Assembly (NCBI GenBank): GCA_032718475.1
Contig: JAUCBJ010008876.1
Span: forward strand, 1-55,477
Direction: 5' to 3'
Source: Nemertoderma westbladi
Lineage: Eukaryota; Animalia; Xenacoelomorpha
Length of the DNA: 55,477 nucleotides
The position numbers and the translations under genes were made by a program. Positions 22,801-37,042 of the stretch are shown here, piece after piece; positions within the stretch are counted from its first letter, which is position 1, and the number at the start of each line of letters is the position of its first letter. The notes under the pieces were generated by a model that made no database searches, was not told the origin of the DNA, and saw only the letters and a program-made list of their open reading frames with translations.

Positions 22801-25800
22801 TGGACAGCCCGGCCCCGAAACCACCAATAGCGCTACAGACCGGCTCGGACAGCCCGGCCCCGAAACCACCAATAGCGCTACAGACCGGCTTGGACAGCCC
22901 GGCCCCGAAACCACCAATAGCGCTACAGACTGGCTTGGACAGCCCGGCCCCGAAACCACCAATAGCGCTACAGACTGGCTCGGACAGCCCGGCCCCGAAA
23001 CCACCAATAGCGCTACAGACCGGCTCGGACAGCCCGGCCCCGAAACCACCAATAGCGCTACAGACTGGCTCGGACAGCCCGGCCCCGAAACCACCAATAG
23101 CGCTACAGACCGGCTCGGACAGCCCGGCCCCGAAACCACCAATAGCGCTACAGACTGGCTCGGACAGCCCGGCCCCGAAACCACCAATAGCGCTACAGAC
23201 TGGCTCGGACAGCCCGGCCCCGAAACCACCAATAGCGCTACAGACTGGCTCGGACAGCCCGGCCCCGAAACCACCAATAGCGCTACAGACCGGCTCGGAC
23301 AGCCCGGCCCCGAAACCACCAATAGCGCTACAGACCGGCTTGGACAGCCCGGCCCCGAAACCACCAATAGCGCTACAGACCGGCTCGGACAGCCCGGCCC
23401 CGAAACCACCAATAGCGCTACAGACCGGCTTGGACAGCCCGGCCCCGAAACCACCAATAGCGCTACAGACTGGCTCGGACAGCCCGGCCCCGAAACCACC
23501 AATAGCGCTACAGACCGGCTTGGACAGCCCGGCCCCGAAACCACCAATAGCGCTACAGACCGGCTTGGACAGTCCGGCCCCGAAACCACCAATAGCGCTA
23601 CAGACTGGCTCGGACAGCCCGGCCCCGAAACCACCAATAGCGCTACAGACCGGCTTGGACAGCCTGGCCCCGAAACCACCAATAGCGCTACAGACCGCCT
23701 CGGACAGCCCGGCCCCGAAACCACCAATAGCGCTACAGACCGGCTTGGACAGCCCGGCCCCGAAACCACCAATAGCGCTACAGACCGGCTCGGACAGCCC
23801 GGCCCCGAAACCACCAATAGCGCTACAGACCGGCTCGGACAGCCTGGCCCCGAAACCACCAATAGCGCTACAGACCGGCTCGGACAGCCTGGCCCCGAAA
23901 CCACCAATAGCGCTACAGACCGGCTCGGACAGCCCGGCCCCGAAACCACCAATAGCGCTACAGACCGGCTCGGACAGCCCGGCCCCGAAACCACCAATAG
24001 CGCTACAGACTGGCTCGGACAGCCCGGCCCCGAAACCACCAATAGCGCTACAGACCGGCTTGGACAGCCCGGCCCCGAAACCACCAATAGCGCTACAGAC
24101 CGGCTTGGACAGCCCGGCCCCGAAACCACCAATAGCGCTACAGACTGGCTTGGACAGCCCGGCCCCGAAACCACCAATAGCGCTACAGACCGGCTCGGAC
24201 AGCCCGGCCCCGAAACCACCAATAGCGCTACAGACCGGCTCGGACAGCCCGGCCCCGAAACCACCAATAGCGCTACAGACCGGCTCGGACAGCCCGGCCC
24301 CGAAACCACCAATAGCGCTACAGACCGGCTCGGACAGCCCGGCCCCGAAACCACCAATAGCGCTACAGACCGGCTCGGACAGCCCGGCCCCGAAACCACC
24401 AATAGCGCTACAGACCGGCTCGGACAGCCCGGCCCCGAAACCACCAATAGCGCTACAGACCGGCTCGGACAGCCCGGCCCCGAAACCACCAATAGCGCTA
24501 CAGACCGGCTCGGACAGCCCGGCCCCGAAACCACCAATAGCGCTACAGACCGGCTTGGACAGCCCGGCCCCGAAACCACCAATAGCGCTACAGACCGGCT
24601 CGGACAGCCCGGCCCCGAAACCACCAATAGCGCTACAGACCGGCTCGGACAGCCCGGCCCCGAAACCACCAATAGCGCTACAGACCGGCTCGGACAGCCC
24701 GGCCCCGAAACCACCAATAGCGCTACAGACCGGCTCGGACAGCCCGGCCCCGAAACCACCAATAGCGCTACAGACCGGCTCGGACAGCCCGGCCCCGAAA
24801 CCACCAATAGCGCTACAGACCGGCTCGGACAGCCCGGCCCCGAAACCACCAATAGCGCTACAGACCGGCTCGGACAGCCCGGCCCCGAAACCACCAATAG
24901 CGCTACAGACCGGCTCGGACAGCCCGGCCCCGAAACCACCAATAGCGCTACAGACCGGCTCGGACAGCCTGGCCCCGAAACCACCAATAGCGCTACAGAC
25001 CGGCTTGGACAGCCTGGCCCCGAAACCACCAATAGCGCTACAGACCGGCTCGGACAGCCCGGCCCCGAAACCACCAATAGCGCTACAGACCGGCTCGGAC
25101 AGCCCGGCCCCGAAACCACCAATAGCGCTACAGACCGGCTCGGACAGCCCGGCCCCGAAACCACCAATAGCGCTACAGACCGGCTCGGACAGCCCGGCCC
25201 CGAAACCACCAATAGCGCTACAGACCGGCTCGGACAGCCCGGCCCCGAAACCACCAATAGCGCTACAGACCGGCTCGGACAGCCCGGCCCCGAAACCACC
25301 AATAGCGCTACAGACCGGCTCGGACAGCCCGGCCCCGAAACCACCAATAGCGCTACAGACCGGCTCGGACAGCCCGGCCCCGAAACCACCAATAGCGCTA
25401 CAGACCGGCTCGGACAGCCCGGCCCCGAAACCACCAATAGCGCTACAGACCGGCTCGGACAGCCCGGCCCCGAAACCACCAATAGCGCTACAGACCGGCT
25501 TGGACAGCCCGGCCCCGAAACCACCAATAGCGCTACAGACCGGCTTGGACAGCCCGGCCCCGAAACCACCAATAGCGCTACAGACCGGCTTGGACAGCCC
25601 GGCCCCGAAACCACCAATAGCGCTACAGACCGGCTTGGACAGCCCGGCCCCGAAACCACCAATAGCGCTACAGACCGGCTTGGACAGCCCGGCCCCGAAA
25701 CCACCAATAGCGCTACAGACTGGCTCGGACAGCCCGGCCCCGAAACCACCAATAGCGCTACAGACTGGCTTGGACAGCCCGGCCCCGAAACCACCAATAG

Positions 25801-28800
25801 CGCTACAGACCGGCTCGGACAGCCCGGCCCCGAAACCACCAATAGCGCTACAGACCGGCTCGGACAGCCCGGCCCCGAAACCACCAATAGCGCTACAGAC
25901 TGGCTCGGACAGCCCGGCCCCGAAACCACCAATAGCGCTACAGACTGGCTTGGACAGCCCGGCCCCGAAACCACCAATAGCGCTACAGACCGGCTTGGAC
26001 AGCCCGGCCCCGAAACCACCAATAGCGCTACAGACCGGCTCGGACAGCCCGGCCCCGAAACCACCAATAGCGCTACAGACTGGCTTGGACAGCCCGGCCC
26101 CGAAACCACCAATAGCGCTACAGACCGGCTTGGACAGCCCGGCCCCGAAACCACCAATAGCGCTACAGACCGGCTTGGACAGCCCGGCCCCGAAACCACC
26201 AATAGCGCTACAGACCGGCTTGGACAGCCCGGCCCCGAAACCACCAATAGCGCTACAGACTGGCTCGGACAGCCTGGCCCCGAAACCACCAATAGCGCTA
26301 CAGACCGGCTCGGACAGCCCGGCCCCGAAACCACCAATAGCGCTACAGACCGCCTCGGACAGCCCGGCCCCGAAACCACCAATAGCGCTACAGACCGGCT
26401 CGGACAGCCCGGCCCCGAAACCACCAATAGCGCTACAGACCGGCTCTGGACAGCCTGGCCCCGAAACCACCAATAGCGCTACAGACCGGCTCGGACAGCC
26501 CGGCCCCGAAACCACCAATAGCGCTACAGACCGGCTCGGACAGCCCGGCCCCGAAACCACCAATAGCGCTACAGACTGGCTCGGACAGCCCGGCCCCGAA
26601 ACCACCAATAGCGCTACAGACCGGCTCGGACAGCCTGGCCCCGAAACCACCAATAGCGCTACAGACCGGCTTGGACAGCCCGGCCCCGAAACCACCAATA
26701 GCGCTACAGACCGGCTTGGACAGCCCGGCCCCGAAACCACCAATAGCGCTACAGACTGGCTTGGACAGCCCGGCCCCGAAACCACCAATAGCGCTACAGA
26801 CCGGCTCGGACAGCCCGGCCCCGAAACCACCAATAGCGCTACAGACCGGCTCGGACAGCCCGGCCCCGAAACCACCAATAGCGCTACAGACCGGCTCGGA
26901 CAGCCCGGCCCCGAAACCACCAATAGCGCTACAGACCGGCTCGGACAGCCCGGCCCCGAAACCACCAATAGCGCTACAGACCGCCTCGGACAGCCCGGCC
27001 CCGAAACCACCAATAGCGCTACAGACCGGCTCGGACAGCCCGGCCCCGAAACCACCAATAGCGCTACAGACCGGCTCGGACAGCCCGGCCCCGAAACCAC
27101 CAATAGCGCTACAGACCGGCTCGGACAGCCCGGCCCCGAAACCACCAATAGCGCTACAGACCGGCTCGGACAGCCCGGCCCCGAAACCACCAATAGCGCT
27201 ACAGACCGGCTCGGACAGCCCGGCCCCGAAACCACCAATAGCGCTACAGACCGGCTCGGACAGCCCGGCCCCGAAACCACCAATAGCGCTACAGACCGGC
27301 TCGGACAGCCCGGCCCCGAAACCACCAATAGCGCTACAGACCGGCTTGGACAGCCCGGCCCCGAAACCACCAATAGCGCTACAGACCGGCTTGGACAGCC
27401 CGGCCCCGAAACCACCAATAGCGCTACAGACCGGCTCGGACAGCCCGGCCCCGAAACCACCAATAGCGCTACAGACCGGCTCGGACAGCCCGGCCCCGAA
27501 ACCACCAATAGCGCTACAGACTGGCTCGGACAGCCCGGCCCCGAAACCACCAATAGCGCTACAGACCGGCTCGGACAGCCCGGCCCCGAAACCACCAATA
27601 GCGCTACAGACCGGCTCGGACAGCCCGGCCCCGAAACCACCAATAGCGCTACAGACTGGCTCGGACAGCCCGGCCCCGAAACCACCAATAGCGCTACAGA
27701 CCGGCTCGGACAGCCCGGCCCCGAAACCACCAATAGCGCTACAGACCGGCTCGGACAGCCCGGCCCCGAAACCACCAATAGCGCTACAGACCGGCTCGGA
27801 CAGCCCGGCCCCGAAACCACCAATAGCGCTACAGACTGGCTCGGACAGCCTGGCCCCGAAACCACCAATAGCGCTACAGACCGGCTCGGACAGCCCGGCC
27901 CCGAAACCACCAATAGCGCTACAGACCGGCTCGGACAGCCCGGCCCCGAAACCACCAATAGCGCTACAGACTGGCTCGGACAGCCCGGCCCCGAAACCAC
28001 CAATAGCGCTACAGACCGGCTCGGACAGCCCGGCCCCGAAACCACCAATAGCGCTACAGACCGGCTCGGACAGCCCGGCCCCGAAACCACCAATAGCGCT
28101 ACAGACCGGCTCGGACAGCCCGGCCCCGAAACCACCAATAGCGCTACAGACTGGCTCGGACAGCCCGGCCCCGAAACCACCAATAGCGCTACAGACCGGC
28201 TTGGACAGCCCGGCCCCGAAACCACCAATAGCGCTACAGACCGGCTTGGACAGCCCGGCCCCGAAACCACCAATAGCGCTACAGACCGCCTCGGACAGCC
28301 CGGCCCCGAAACCACCAATAGCGCTACAGACCGGCTCGGACAGCCCGGCCCCGAAACCACCAATAGCGCTACAGACCGGCTTGGACAGCCCGGCCCCGAA
28401 ACCACCAATAGCGCTACAGACCGGCTTGGACAGCCCGGCCCCGAAACCACCAATAGCGCTACAGACCGGCTTGGACAGCCCGGCCCCGAAACCACCAATA
28501 GCGCTACAGACCGGCCCCGAAACCACCAATAGCGCTACAGACCGGCTTGGACAGTCCGGCCCCGAAACCACCAATAGCGCTACAGACCGGCCCCGAAACC
28601 ACCAATAGCGCTACAGACCGGCTTGGACAGTCTGGCCCCAAAACCACCAATAGCGCTACAGACCGGCTCGGACAGCCCGGCAGACCGGCTCGGACAGCCC
28701 GGCCCCGAAACCACCAATAGCGCTACAGACCGGCTCGGACAGCCCGGCCCCGAATCCACCAATAGCGCTACAGACCGGCTTGGACAGCCCGGCCCCAAAA

Positions 28801-31800
28801 CCACCAATAGCGCTACAGACTGGCTTGGACAGTCCGGCCCCGAAACCACCAATAGCGCTACAGACTGGCTTGGACAGTCCGGCCCCGAAACCACCAATAG
28901 CGCTACAGACCGGCTCGGACAGCCCGGCCCCAAAACCACCAATAGCGCTACAGACCGGCTTGGACAGTCCGGCCCCGAAACCACCAATAGCGCTACAGAC
29001 CGGCTCGGACAGCCCGGCCCCAAAACCACCAATAGCGCTACAGACCGCCTCGGACAGCCTGGCCCCGAAACCACCAATAGCGCTACAGACCGGCTCGGAC
29101 AGCCCGGCCCCGAAACCACCAATAGCGCTACAGACCGGCTTGGACAGCCCGGCCCCGAAACCACCAATAGCGCTACAGACCGGCTCGGACAGTCCGGCCC
29201 CGAAACCACCAATAGCGCTACAGACCGGCTCGGACAGCCCGGCCCCAAAACCACCAATAGCGCTACAGACCGCCTCGGACAGCCTGGCCCCGAAACCACC
29301 AATAGCGCTACAGACCGGCTTGGACAGTCCGGCCCCGAAACCACCAATAGCGCTACAGACCGGCTCGGACAGCCCGGCCCCAAAACCACCAATAGCGCTA
29401 CAGACCAGCTTGGACAGCCCGGCCCCGAAACCACCAATAGCGCTACAGACCGGCTCGGACAGTCCGGCCCCGAAACCACCAATAGCGCTACAGACCGGCT
29501 CGGACAGCCCGGCCCCGAAACCACCAATAGCGCTACAGACCGGCTCGGACAGCCTGGCCCCGAAACCACCAATAGCGCTACAGACCGGCTTGGACAGTCC
29601 GGCCCCGAAACCACCAATAGCGCTACAGACCGGCTCGGACAGCCCGGCCCCGAAACCACCAATAGCGCTACAGACCGCCTCGGACAGCCTGGCCCCGAAA
29701 CCACCAATAGCGCTACAGACCGGCTTGGACAGTCCGGCCCCGAAACCACCAATAGCGCTACAGACCGGCTCGGACAGCCCGGCCCCAAAACCACCAATAG
29801 CGCTACAGACCGGTTGGACAGCCCGGCCCCGAAACCACCAATAGCGCTACAGACCGGCTCGGACAGCCCGGCCCCGAAACCACCAATAGCGCTACAGACC
29901 GGCTCGGACAGCCCGGCCCCGAAACCACCAATAGCGCTACAGACCGGCTCGGACAGCCTGGCCCCGAAACCACCAATAGCGCTACAGACCGGCTTGGACA
30001 GCCCGGCCCCGAAACCACCAATAGCGCTACAGACCGGCTCGGACAGCCCGGCCCCGAAACCACCAATAGCGCTACAGACCGGCTCGGACAGCCCGGCCCC
30101 GAAACCACCAATAGCGCTACAGACCGGCTCGGACAGCCCGGCCCCGAAACCACCAATAGCGCTACAGACCGGCTCGGACAGCCCGGCCCCGAAACCACCA
30201 ATAGCGCTACAGACCGGCTCGGACAGCCTGGCCCCGAAACCACCAATAGCGCTACAGACCGGCTTGGACAGCCCGGCCCCGAAACCACCAATAGCACTAC
30301 AGACCGGCTTGGACAGCCCGGCCCCGAAACCACCAATAGCGCTACAGACTGGCTTGAAAATGGACAGCCCAGCCCAGAAACCACCAATAGCGCTACAGAC
30401 TGGCTTGGAAAATGGACAGCCCGGCCCCGAAACCACCAATAGCGCTACAGACTGGCTCAGACAGCCCGGCCCCGAAACCACCAATAGCGCTACAGACCGG
30501 CTTGGACAGCCCGGCCCCGAAACCACCAATAGCGCTACAGACCGGCTCGGACAGCCCGGCCCCGAAACCACCAATAGCGCTACAGACTGGCTTGGACAGC
30601 CCGGCCCCGAAACCACCAATAGCGCTACAGACTGGCTTGGACAGCCCGGCCCCGAAACCACCAATAGCACTACAGACTGGCTCGGACAGCCCGGCCCCGA
30701 AACCACCAATAGCGCTACAGACCGGCTTGGACAGCCCGGCCCCGAAACCACCAATAGCGCTACAGACCGCCTCGGACAGCCCGGCCCCGAAACCACCAAT
30801 AGCGCTACAGACCGGCTTGGACAGCCCGGCCCAGAAACCACCAATAGCACTACAGACCGGCTTGGACAGCCCGGCCCCGAAACCACCAATAGCGCTACAG
30901 ACCGGCTCGGACAGCCCGGCCCCGAAACCACCAATAGCGCTACAGACCGGCTCGGACAGCCCGGCCCCGAAACCACCAATAGCGCTACAGACCGGCTTGG
31001 ACAGCCCGGCCCCGAAACCACCAATAGCGCTACAGACCGCCTCGGACAGCCCGGCCCCGAAACCACCAATAGTGCTACAGACCGGCTTGGACAGCCCAGC
31101 CCCGAAACCACCAATAGCGCTACAGACCGGCTCGGACAGCCCGGCCCCGAAACCACCAATAGTGCTACAGACCGGCTTGGACAGCCCGGCCCCGAAACCA
31201 CCAATAGCGCTACAGACCGGCTCGGACAGCCCGGCCCCGAAACCACCAATAGCGCTACAGACCGGCTCGGACAGCCCGGCCCCGAAACCACCAATAGCGC
31301 TACAGACCGGCTCGGACAGCCCGGCCCCGAAACCACCAATAGCGCTACAGACCGGCTTGGACAGCCCGGCCCCGAAACCACCAATAGCGCTACAGACCGG
31401 CTCGGACAGCCCGGCCCCGAAACCACCAATAGCGCTACAGACCGGCTTGGACAGCCTGGCCCCGAAACCACCAATAGCGCTACAGACCGGCTTGGACAGC
31501 CCGGCCCCGAAACCACCAATAGCGCTACAGACCGCCTTGGACAGCCCGGCCCCGAAACCACCAATAGCGCTACAGACCGGCTTGGACAGCCCGGCCCCGA
31601 AACCACCAATAGCGCTACAGACCGCCTCGGACAGCCCGGCCCCGAAACCACCAATAGCGCTACAGACCGGCTTGGACAGCCCGGCCCCGAAACCACCAAT
31701 AGCGCTACAGACCACCTCGGACAGCCCGGCCCCGAAACCACCAATAGCGCTACAGACCGGCTCGGACAGCCTGGCCCCGAAACCACCAATAGCGCTACAG

Positions 31801-34800
31801 ACCGGCTTGGACAGTCCGGCCCCGAAACCACCAATAGCGCTACAGACCACCTCGGACAGCCCGGCCCCGAAACCACCAATAGCGCTACAGACCGGCTCGG
31901 ACAGCCTGGCCCCGAAACCACCAATAGCGCTACAGACCACCTCGGACAGCCTGGCCCCGAAACCACCAATAGCGCTACAAACCGGCTCGGACAGCCTGGC
32001 CCCGAAACCACCAATAGCGCTACAGACCGGCTCGGACAGCCTGGCCCCGAAACCACCAATAGCGCTACAGACCGGCTTGGACAGCCCGGCCCCGAAACCA
32101 CCAATAGCGCTACAGACCGGCTTGGACAGCCCGGCCCCGAAACCACCAGACCAATAGCGCTACAGACTGGCTTGGAAAATGGACAGCCCGGCCCAGAAAC
32201 CACCAATAGCGCTACAGACTGGCTTGGAAAATGGACAGCCCGGCCCAGAAACCACCAATAGCGCTACAGACCGGCTCGGACAGCCCGGCCCTGAAACCAC
32301 CAATAGCGCTACAGACCGGCTTGGACAGCCCGGCCCTGAAACCACCAATAGCGCTACAGACTGGCTCGGACAGCCCGGCCCCGAAACCACCAATAGCGCT
32401 ACAGACCGGCTTGGACAGCCCGGCCCCGAAACCACCAATAGCATTACAGACCGGCTTGGACAGCCCGGCCCCGAAACCACCAATAGCGCTACAGACCGGC
32501 TCGGACAGCCCGGCCCCGAAACCACCAATAGCGCTACAGACTGGCTTGGACAGCCCGGCCCCGAAACCACCAATAGCGCTACAGACCGGCTCGGACAGCC
32601 CGGCCCCGAAACCACCAATAGCACTACAGACCGGCTCGGACAGCCCGGCCCCGAAACCACCAATAGCGCTACAGACCGGCTCGGACAGCCCGGCCCCGAA
32701 ACCACCAATAGCGCTACAGACCGGCTCGGACAGCCTGGCCCCGAAACCACCAATAGCGCTACAGACCGGCTCGGACAGCCCGGCCCCGAAACCACCAATA
32801 GCGCTACAGACCGGCTCGGACAGCCCGGCCCCGAAACCACCAATAGCGCTACAGACCTGCTCGGACAGCCCGGCCCCGAAACCACCAATAGCGCTACAGA
32901 CCGGCTTGGACAGCCCGGTCCCGAAACCACCAATAGCGCTACAGACCGGCTTGGACAGCCCGGCCCCGAAACCACCAATAGCGCTACAGACCTGCTCGGA
33001 CAGCCCGGTCCCGAAACCACCAATAGCGCTACAGACTGGCTTGGACAGCCTGGCCCCGAAACCACCAATAGCGCTACAGACCTGCTCGGACAGCCCGGTC
33101 CCGAAACCACCAATAGCGCTACAGACCGGCTTGGACAGCCCGGCCCCGAAACCACCAATAGCGCTACAGACTGGCTCGGACAGCCCGGCCCCGTAACCAC
33201 CAATAGCGCTACAGACTGGCTTGGACAGCCTGGCCCCGAAACCACCAATAGCGCTACAGACCTGCTCGGACAGCCCGGTCCCGAAACCACCAATAGCGCT
33301 ACAGACCGGCTCGGACAGCCCGGCAGACCGGCTCGGACAGCCCGGCCCCGAAACCACCAATAGCGCTACAGACTGGCTCGGACAGCCTGGCCCCGAAACC
33401 ACCAATAGCGCTACAGACCTGCTCGGACAGCCCGGTCCCGAAACCACCAATAGCGCTACAGACCGGCTTGGACAGCCCGGCCCCAAAACCACCAATAGCA
33501 CTACAGACTGGCTCGGACAGCCTGTCCCGAAACCACCAATAGCGCTACAGACCGGCTCGGACAGCCCGGCCCCGAAACCACCAATAGCGCTACAGACCGG
33601 CTTGGACAGCCCGGCCCCGAAACCACCAATAGCGCTACAGACTGGCTTGGACAGCTCGGCCCCGAAACCACCAATAGTGCTACAGACTGGCTCGGACAGC
33701 CCGGCCCCAAAACCACCAATAGCGCTACAGACCGGCTCGGACAGCCCGGCAGGCCGGCTCGGACAGCCCGGCCCCGAAACCACCAATAGCGCTACAGACT
33801 GGCTCGGACAGCCCGGCCCCGAAACCACCAATAGCGCTACAGACCGGCTTGGACAGCCCGGCCCCGAAACCACCAATAGCGCTACAGACTGGCTCGGACA
33901 GCCCGGCTCCGAAACCACCAATAGCGCTACAGACTGGCTCGGACAGCCCGGCCCCGAAACCACCAATAGCGCTACAGACTGGCTCGGACAGCCCGGCCCC
34001 GAAACCACCAATAGCGCTACAGACCGCCTCGGACAGCCCGACCCCGAAAACACCAATAGCGCTACAGACCGACTTGGACAGCCCGGCCCTGAAACCACCA
34101 ATAGCGCTACAGACCGCCTCGGACAGCCCGGCCCCGAAACCACCAATAGCGCTACAGACCGACTTGGACAGCCCGGCCCCGAAACCACCAATAGCGCTAC
34201 AGACTGGCTCGGACAGCCCGGCCCCGAAACCACCAATAGCGCTACAGACCGCCTCGGACAGCCCGGCCCCGAAACCACCAATAGCGCTACAGACCGGCTT
34301 GGACAGTCCGGCCCCGAAACCACCAATAGCGCTACAGACTGGCTCGGACAGCCCGGCCCCGAAACCACCAATAGCGCTACAGACCGGCTTGGACAGTCCG
34401 GCCCCGAAACCACCAATAGCGCTACAGACCGCCTCGGACAGCCCGGCCCCGAAACCACCAATAGCGCTACAGACCGGCTTGGACAGTCCGGCCCCGAAAC
34501 CACCAATAGCGCTACAGACCGCCTCGGACAGCCCGGCCCCGAAACCACCAATAGCGCTACAGACCGCCTCGGACAGCCCGGCCCCGAAACCACCAATAGC
34601 GCTACAGACCGGCTCGGATAGCCTGTCCCGAAACCACCAATAGCGCTACAGACCGCCTCGGACAGCCCGGCCCCGAAACCACCAATAGCGCTACAGACCG
34701 ACTTGGACAGCCCGGCCCCGAAACCACCAATGGCGCTACAGACTGGCTCGGACAGCCCGGCCCCGAAACCACCAATAGCGCTACAGACCGGCTCGGACAG

Positions 34801-35348
34801 CCTGTCCCGAAACCACCAATAGCGCTACAGACTGGCTCGGACAGCCCGGTCCCGAAACCACCAATAGCGCTACAGACTGGCTCGGACAGCCCGGCCCCGA
34901 AACCACCAATAGCGCTACAGACTGGCTTGGACAGCCCGGCCCCAAAACCACCAATAGCGCTACAGACCGCCTCGGACAGCCCGGCCCCGAAACCACCAAT
35001 AGCGCTACAGACTGGCTCGGACAGCCCGGCCCCGAAACCACCAATAGCGCTACAGACTGGCTCGGACAGCCCGGCCCCGAAACCACCAATAGCGCTACAG
35101 ACTGGCTCAGACAGCCCGGCCCTGAAACCACCAATAGCGCTACAGACCGGCTCGGACAGCCCGGCCCCGAAACCACCAATAGCGCTACAGACCGGCTTGG
35201 ACAGCCCGGCCCCGAAACCACCAATAGCGCTACAGACCGGCTCGGACAGCCCGGCCCCGAAACCACCAATAGCGCTACAGACTGGCTCGGACAGCCCGGC
35301 CCCGAAACCACCAATAGCGCTACAGACTGGCTTGGACAGTCCGGCCCC
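19887..35348. repeat. 45-bp satellite, right block (roughly 340 copies)
   Basis: Same unit; embedded 22-bp units near 20890-21000, 21722, 21880, 28670, 33315 and 33740; 31-bp units near 28510-28600. Confidence 0.98.
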
Positions 35349-35390
35349 AGTTTCCTCAAGGAAATAGGCCAGGGGATCCACGCCGTTACC
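35349..35390 (+). pseudogene. Unamplified remnant of CRE-like endonuclease coding sequence flanking the satellite
   Basis: Reads SFLKEIGQGIHAVT versus TFLREIGARLHSAT at about 47710-47755. Confidence 0.65.
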
Positions 35391-35404
35391 ATCACCGATT
35401 CCTC

Positions 35405-36561
35405 TTGCAATCCGGAGCTCCGGGCCAATTTTCTGGTTCCGGCTCCGGGGAAATTAACCCGGAGCCAATCCGGAGCTTATGTTGTATAAATTCGAATAAA
35501 AATAATAAGTTTTTCTGATGTATGAATAATGTAAATATCATAGTAATTAACATAATAACTCATTAAGTAATTTACAGCTTGTTTTTTAAAGTTTCCTGAT
35601 ACCCCTAACCCACCCTTGTGAAATTGTTTAAATGTTTGAACAAAAACATTGAAATGATTCAGTTAATTCAATTAATATTCTTCCCTAATTAAAAAAACTT
35701 AAATACGCCATGTACTATCGTTTCGTTCGTCAGTCTAGAACCCCCATTTCCACTTACCCCCCCCCCCCCCATCCCCGTTTATGTAATAATAATTTTAATA
35801 GTTTATACAATATTTGTGTGCGGTGATTGTATTTCAGTTCCTGATTCAATAATGTAAATAGAGCACGAGGACACTCTAAACAGTTGTGATATATCCAAAT
35901 TACTAATATTATTTTAGATATCCGGTTTATGCCAACCTACGTACGTTAGGTAGGTGGTACATGTTTTATCGTTTATCAATGACAATATAATGAAAACTGC
36001 ACCAACTCCTCAAAAGTAATTACACAATGTCCCATAAAACAGTGTCGATGATAAGTTGACAACAAACCGAAGTTACTGATAGTCTAGTCGTAAGAAATAA
36101 ATATAACAGAGTTTGTGTAATGAGTGTGAACTGAAAACTAAAACATTACAGTATATTTTAGCCCTTTGAACACCAGATGAGGGAGTCTTTGGACGCAATG
36201 CATTCCTCTCCAGGAGAAAATCGACGCAAATATCGGCTGATTACTCCCAATAATAAAACTGTAACCTGTTCTATTGAATATAGTTTATCGATTTGATTAG
36301 AATAACTTGCGACTGTAAACCGCTCCTTTCCCTTAATTGATAATTTAACATTGAGGCGAGATATTAATTCGCCTAGAAAGAATTTGCATCAGCCCCCCCC
36401 CCCCCCCCCCTTCTCATGAACACATATCTGTCAATGTCTACTATAATAATAAATACACTGGAATTATCAATCACCAAACCTCCGTCTCCGGCCGGAGCTC
36501 ATATTGTAACCCGGAGTAACCTCCGGGCTCCGGATGAAATTTTAGCTCTGCCGCAACCCTA
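35405..36561. mobile_element. hAT-like non-autonomous element, left end damaged
   Basis: Right end ...GCCGCAACCCTA (TAGGG terminus); clustered CCGGAGC subterminal repeats at both ends. Confidence 0.55.
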
Positions 36562-37042
36562 ATAATGATACATTTAATTATTGATTATAATAAATACCGC
36601 TACCTCAAATGAGTTAATTTGATATTATATGAGTTAGTACAAATGAAGCTGATGGAGATAAATCAGAGTTAGAGATTCAAGGTTTCGACTTTGGTGAATG
36701 ACCCCAATGAGAAAACATTAATAATAATTAAATTTGGTTAATGTTAAATATTAATTTATAGGTATTTTATTTCAAACGCTGTTGTAAAGTTTAAATTTTT
36801 AAATTTGTTGTTTTCAATATTTAGTTTTAGTATAAATATTTCTAAACAAGTTTAAAAAATTTAGAAATGGCTATTTTCATTTATAAATTTCACAAACAAA
36901 TTTAGAAAAAAACCCTGCCTGCCAGTGTGCCAGACCTCAATAAAAAAAGATAATGCACAGAGAGTGGTTGGGATATTCTAATGAAACCGGTCAAGGAAAA
37001 TACCAAATATTGATATCCAATCAATACGTACAATATACAGTA

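Noticed and set aside
10941-35428. Very long ORFs (up to 1918 aa) on both strands of the satellite
   Set aside because: A 45-bp unit lacking stops in four frames yields ORFs automatically; frames switch at indels, and there is no unique domain
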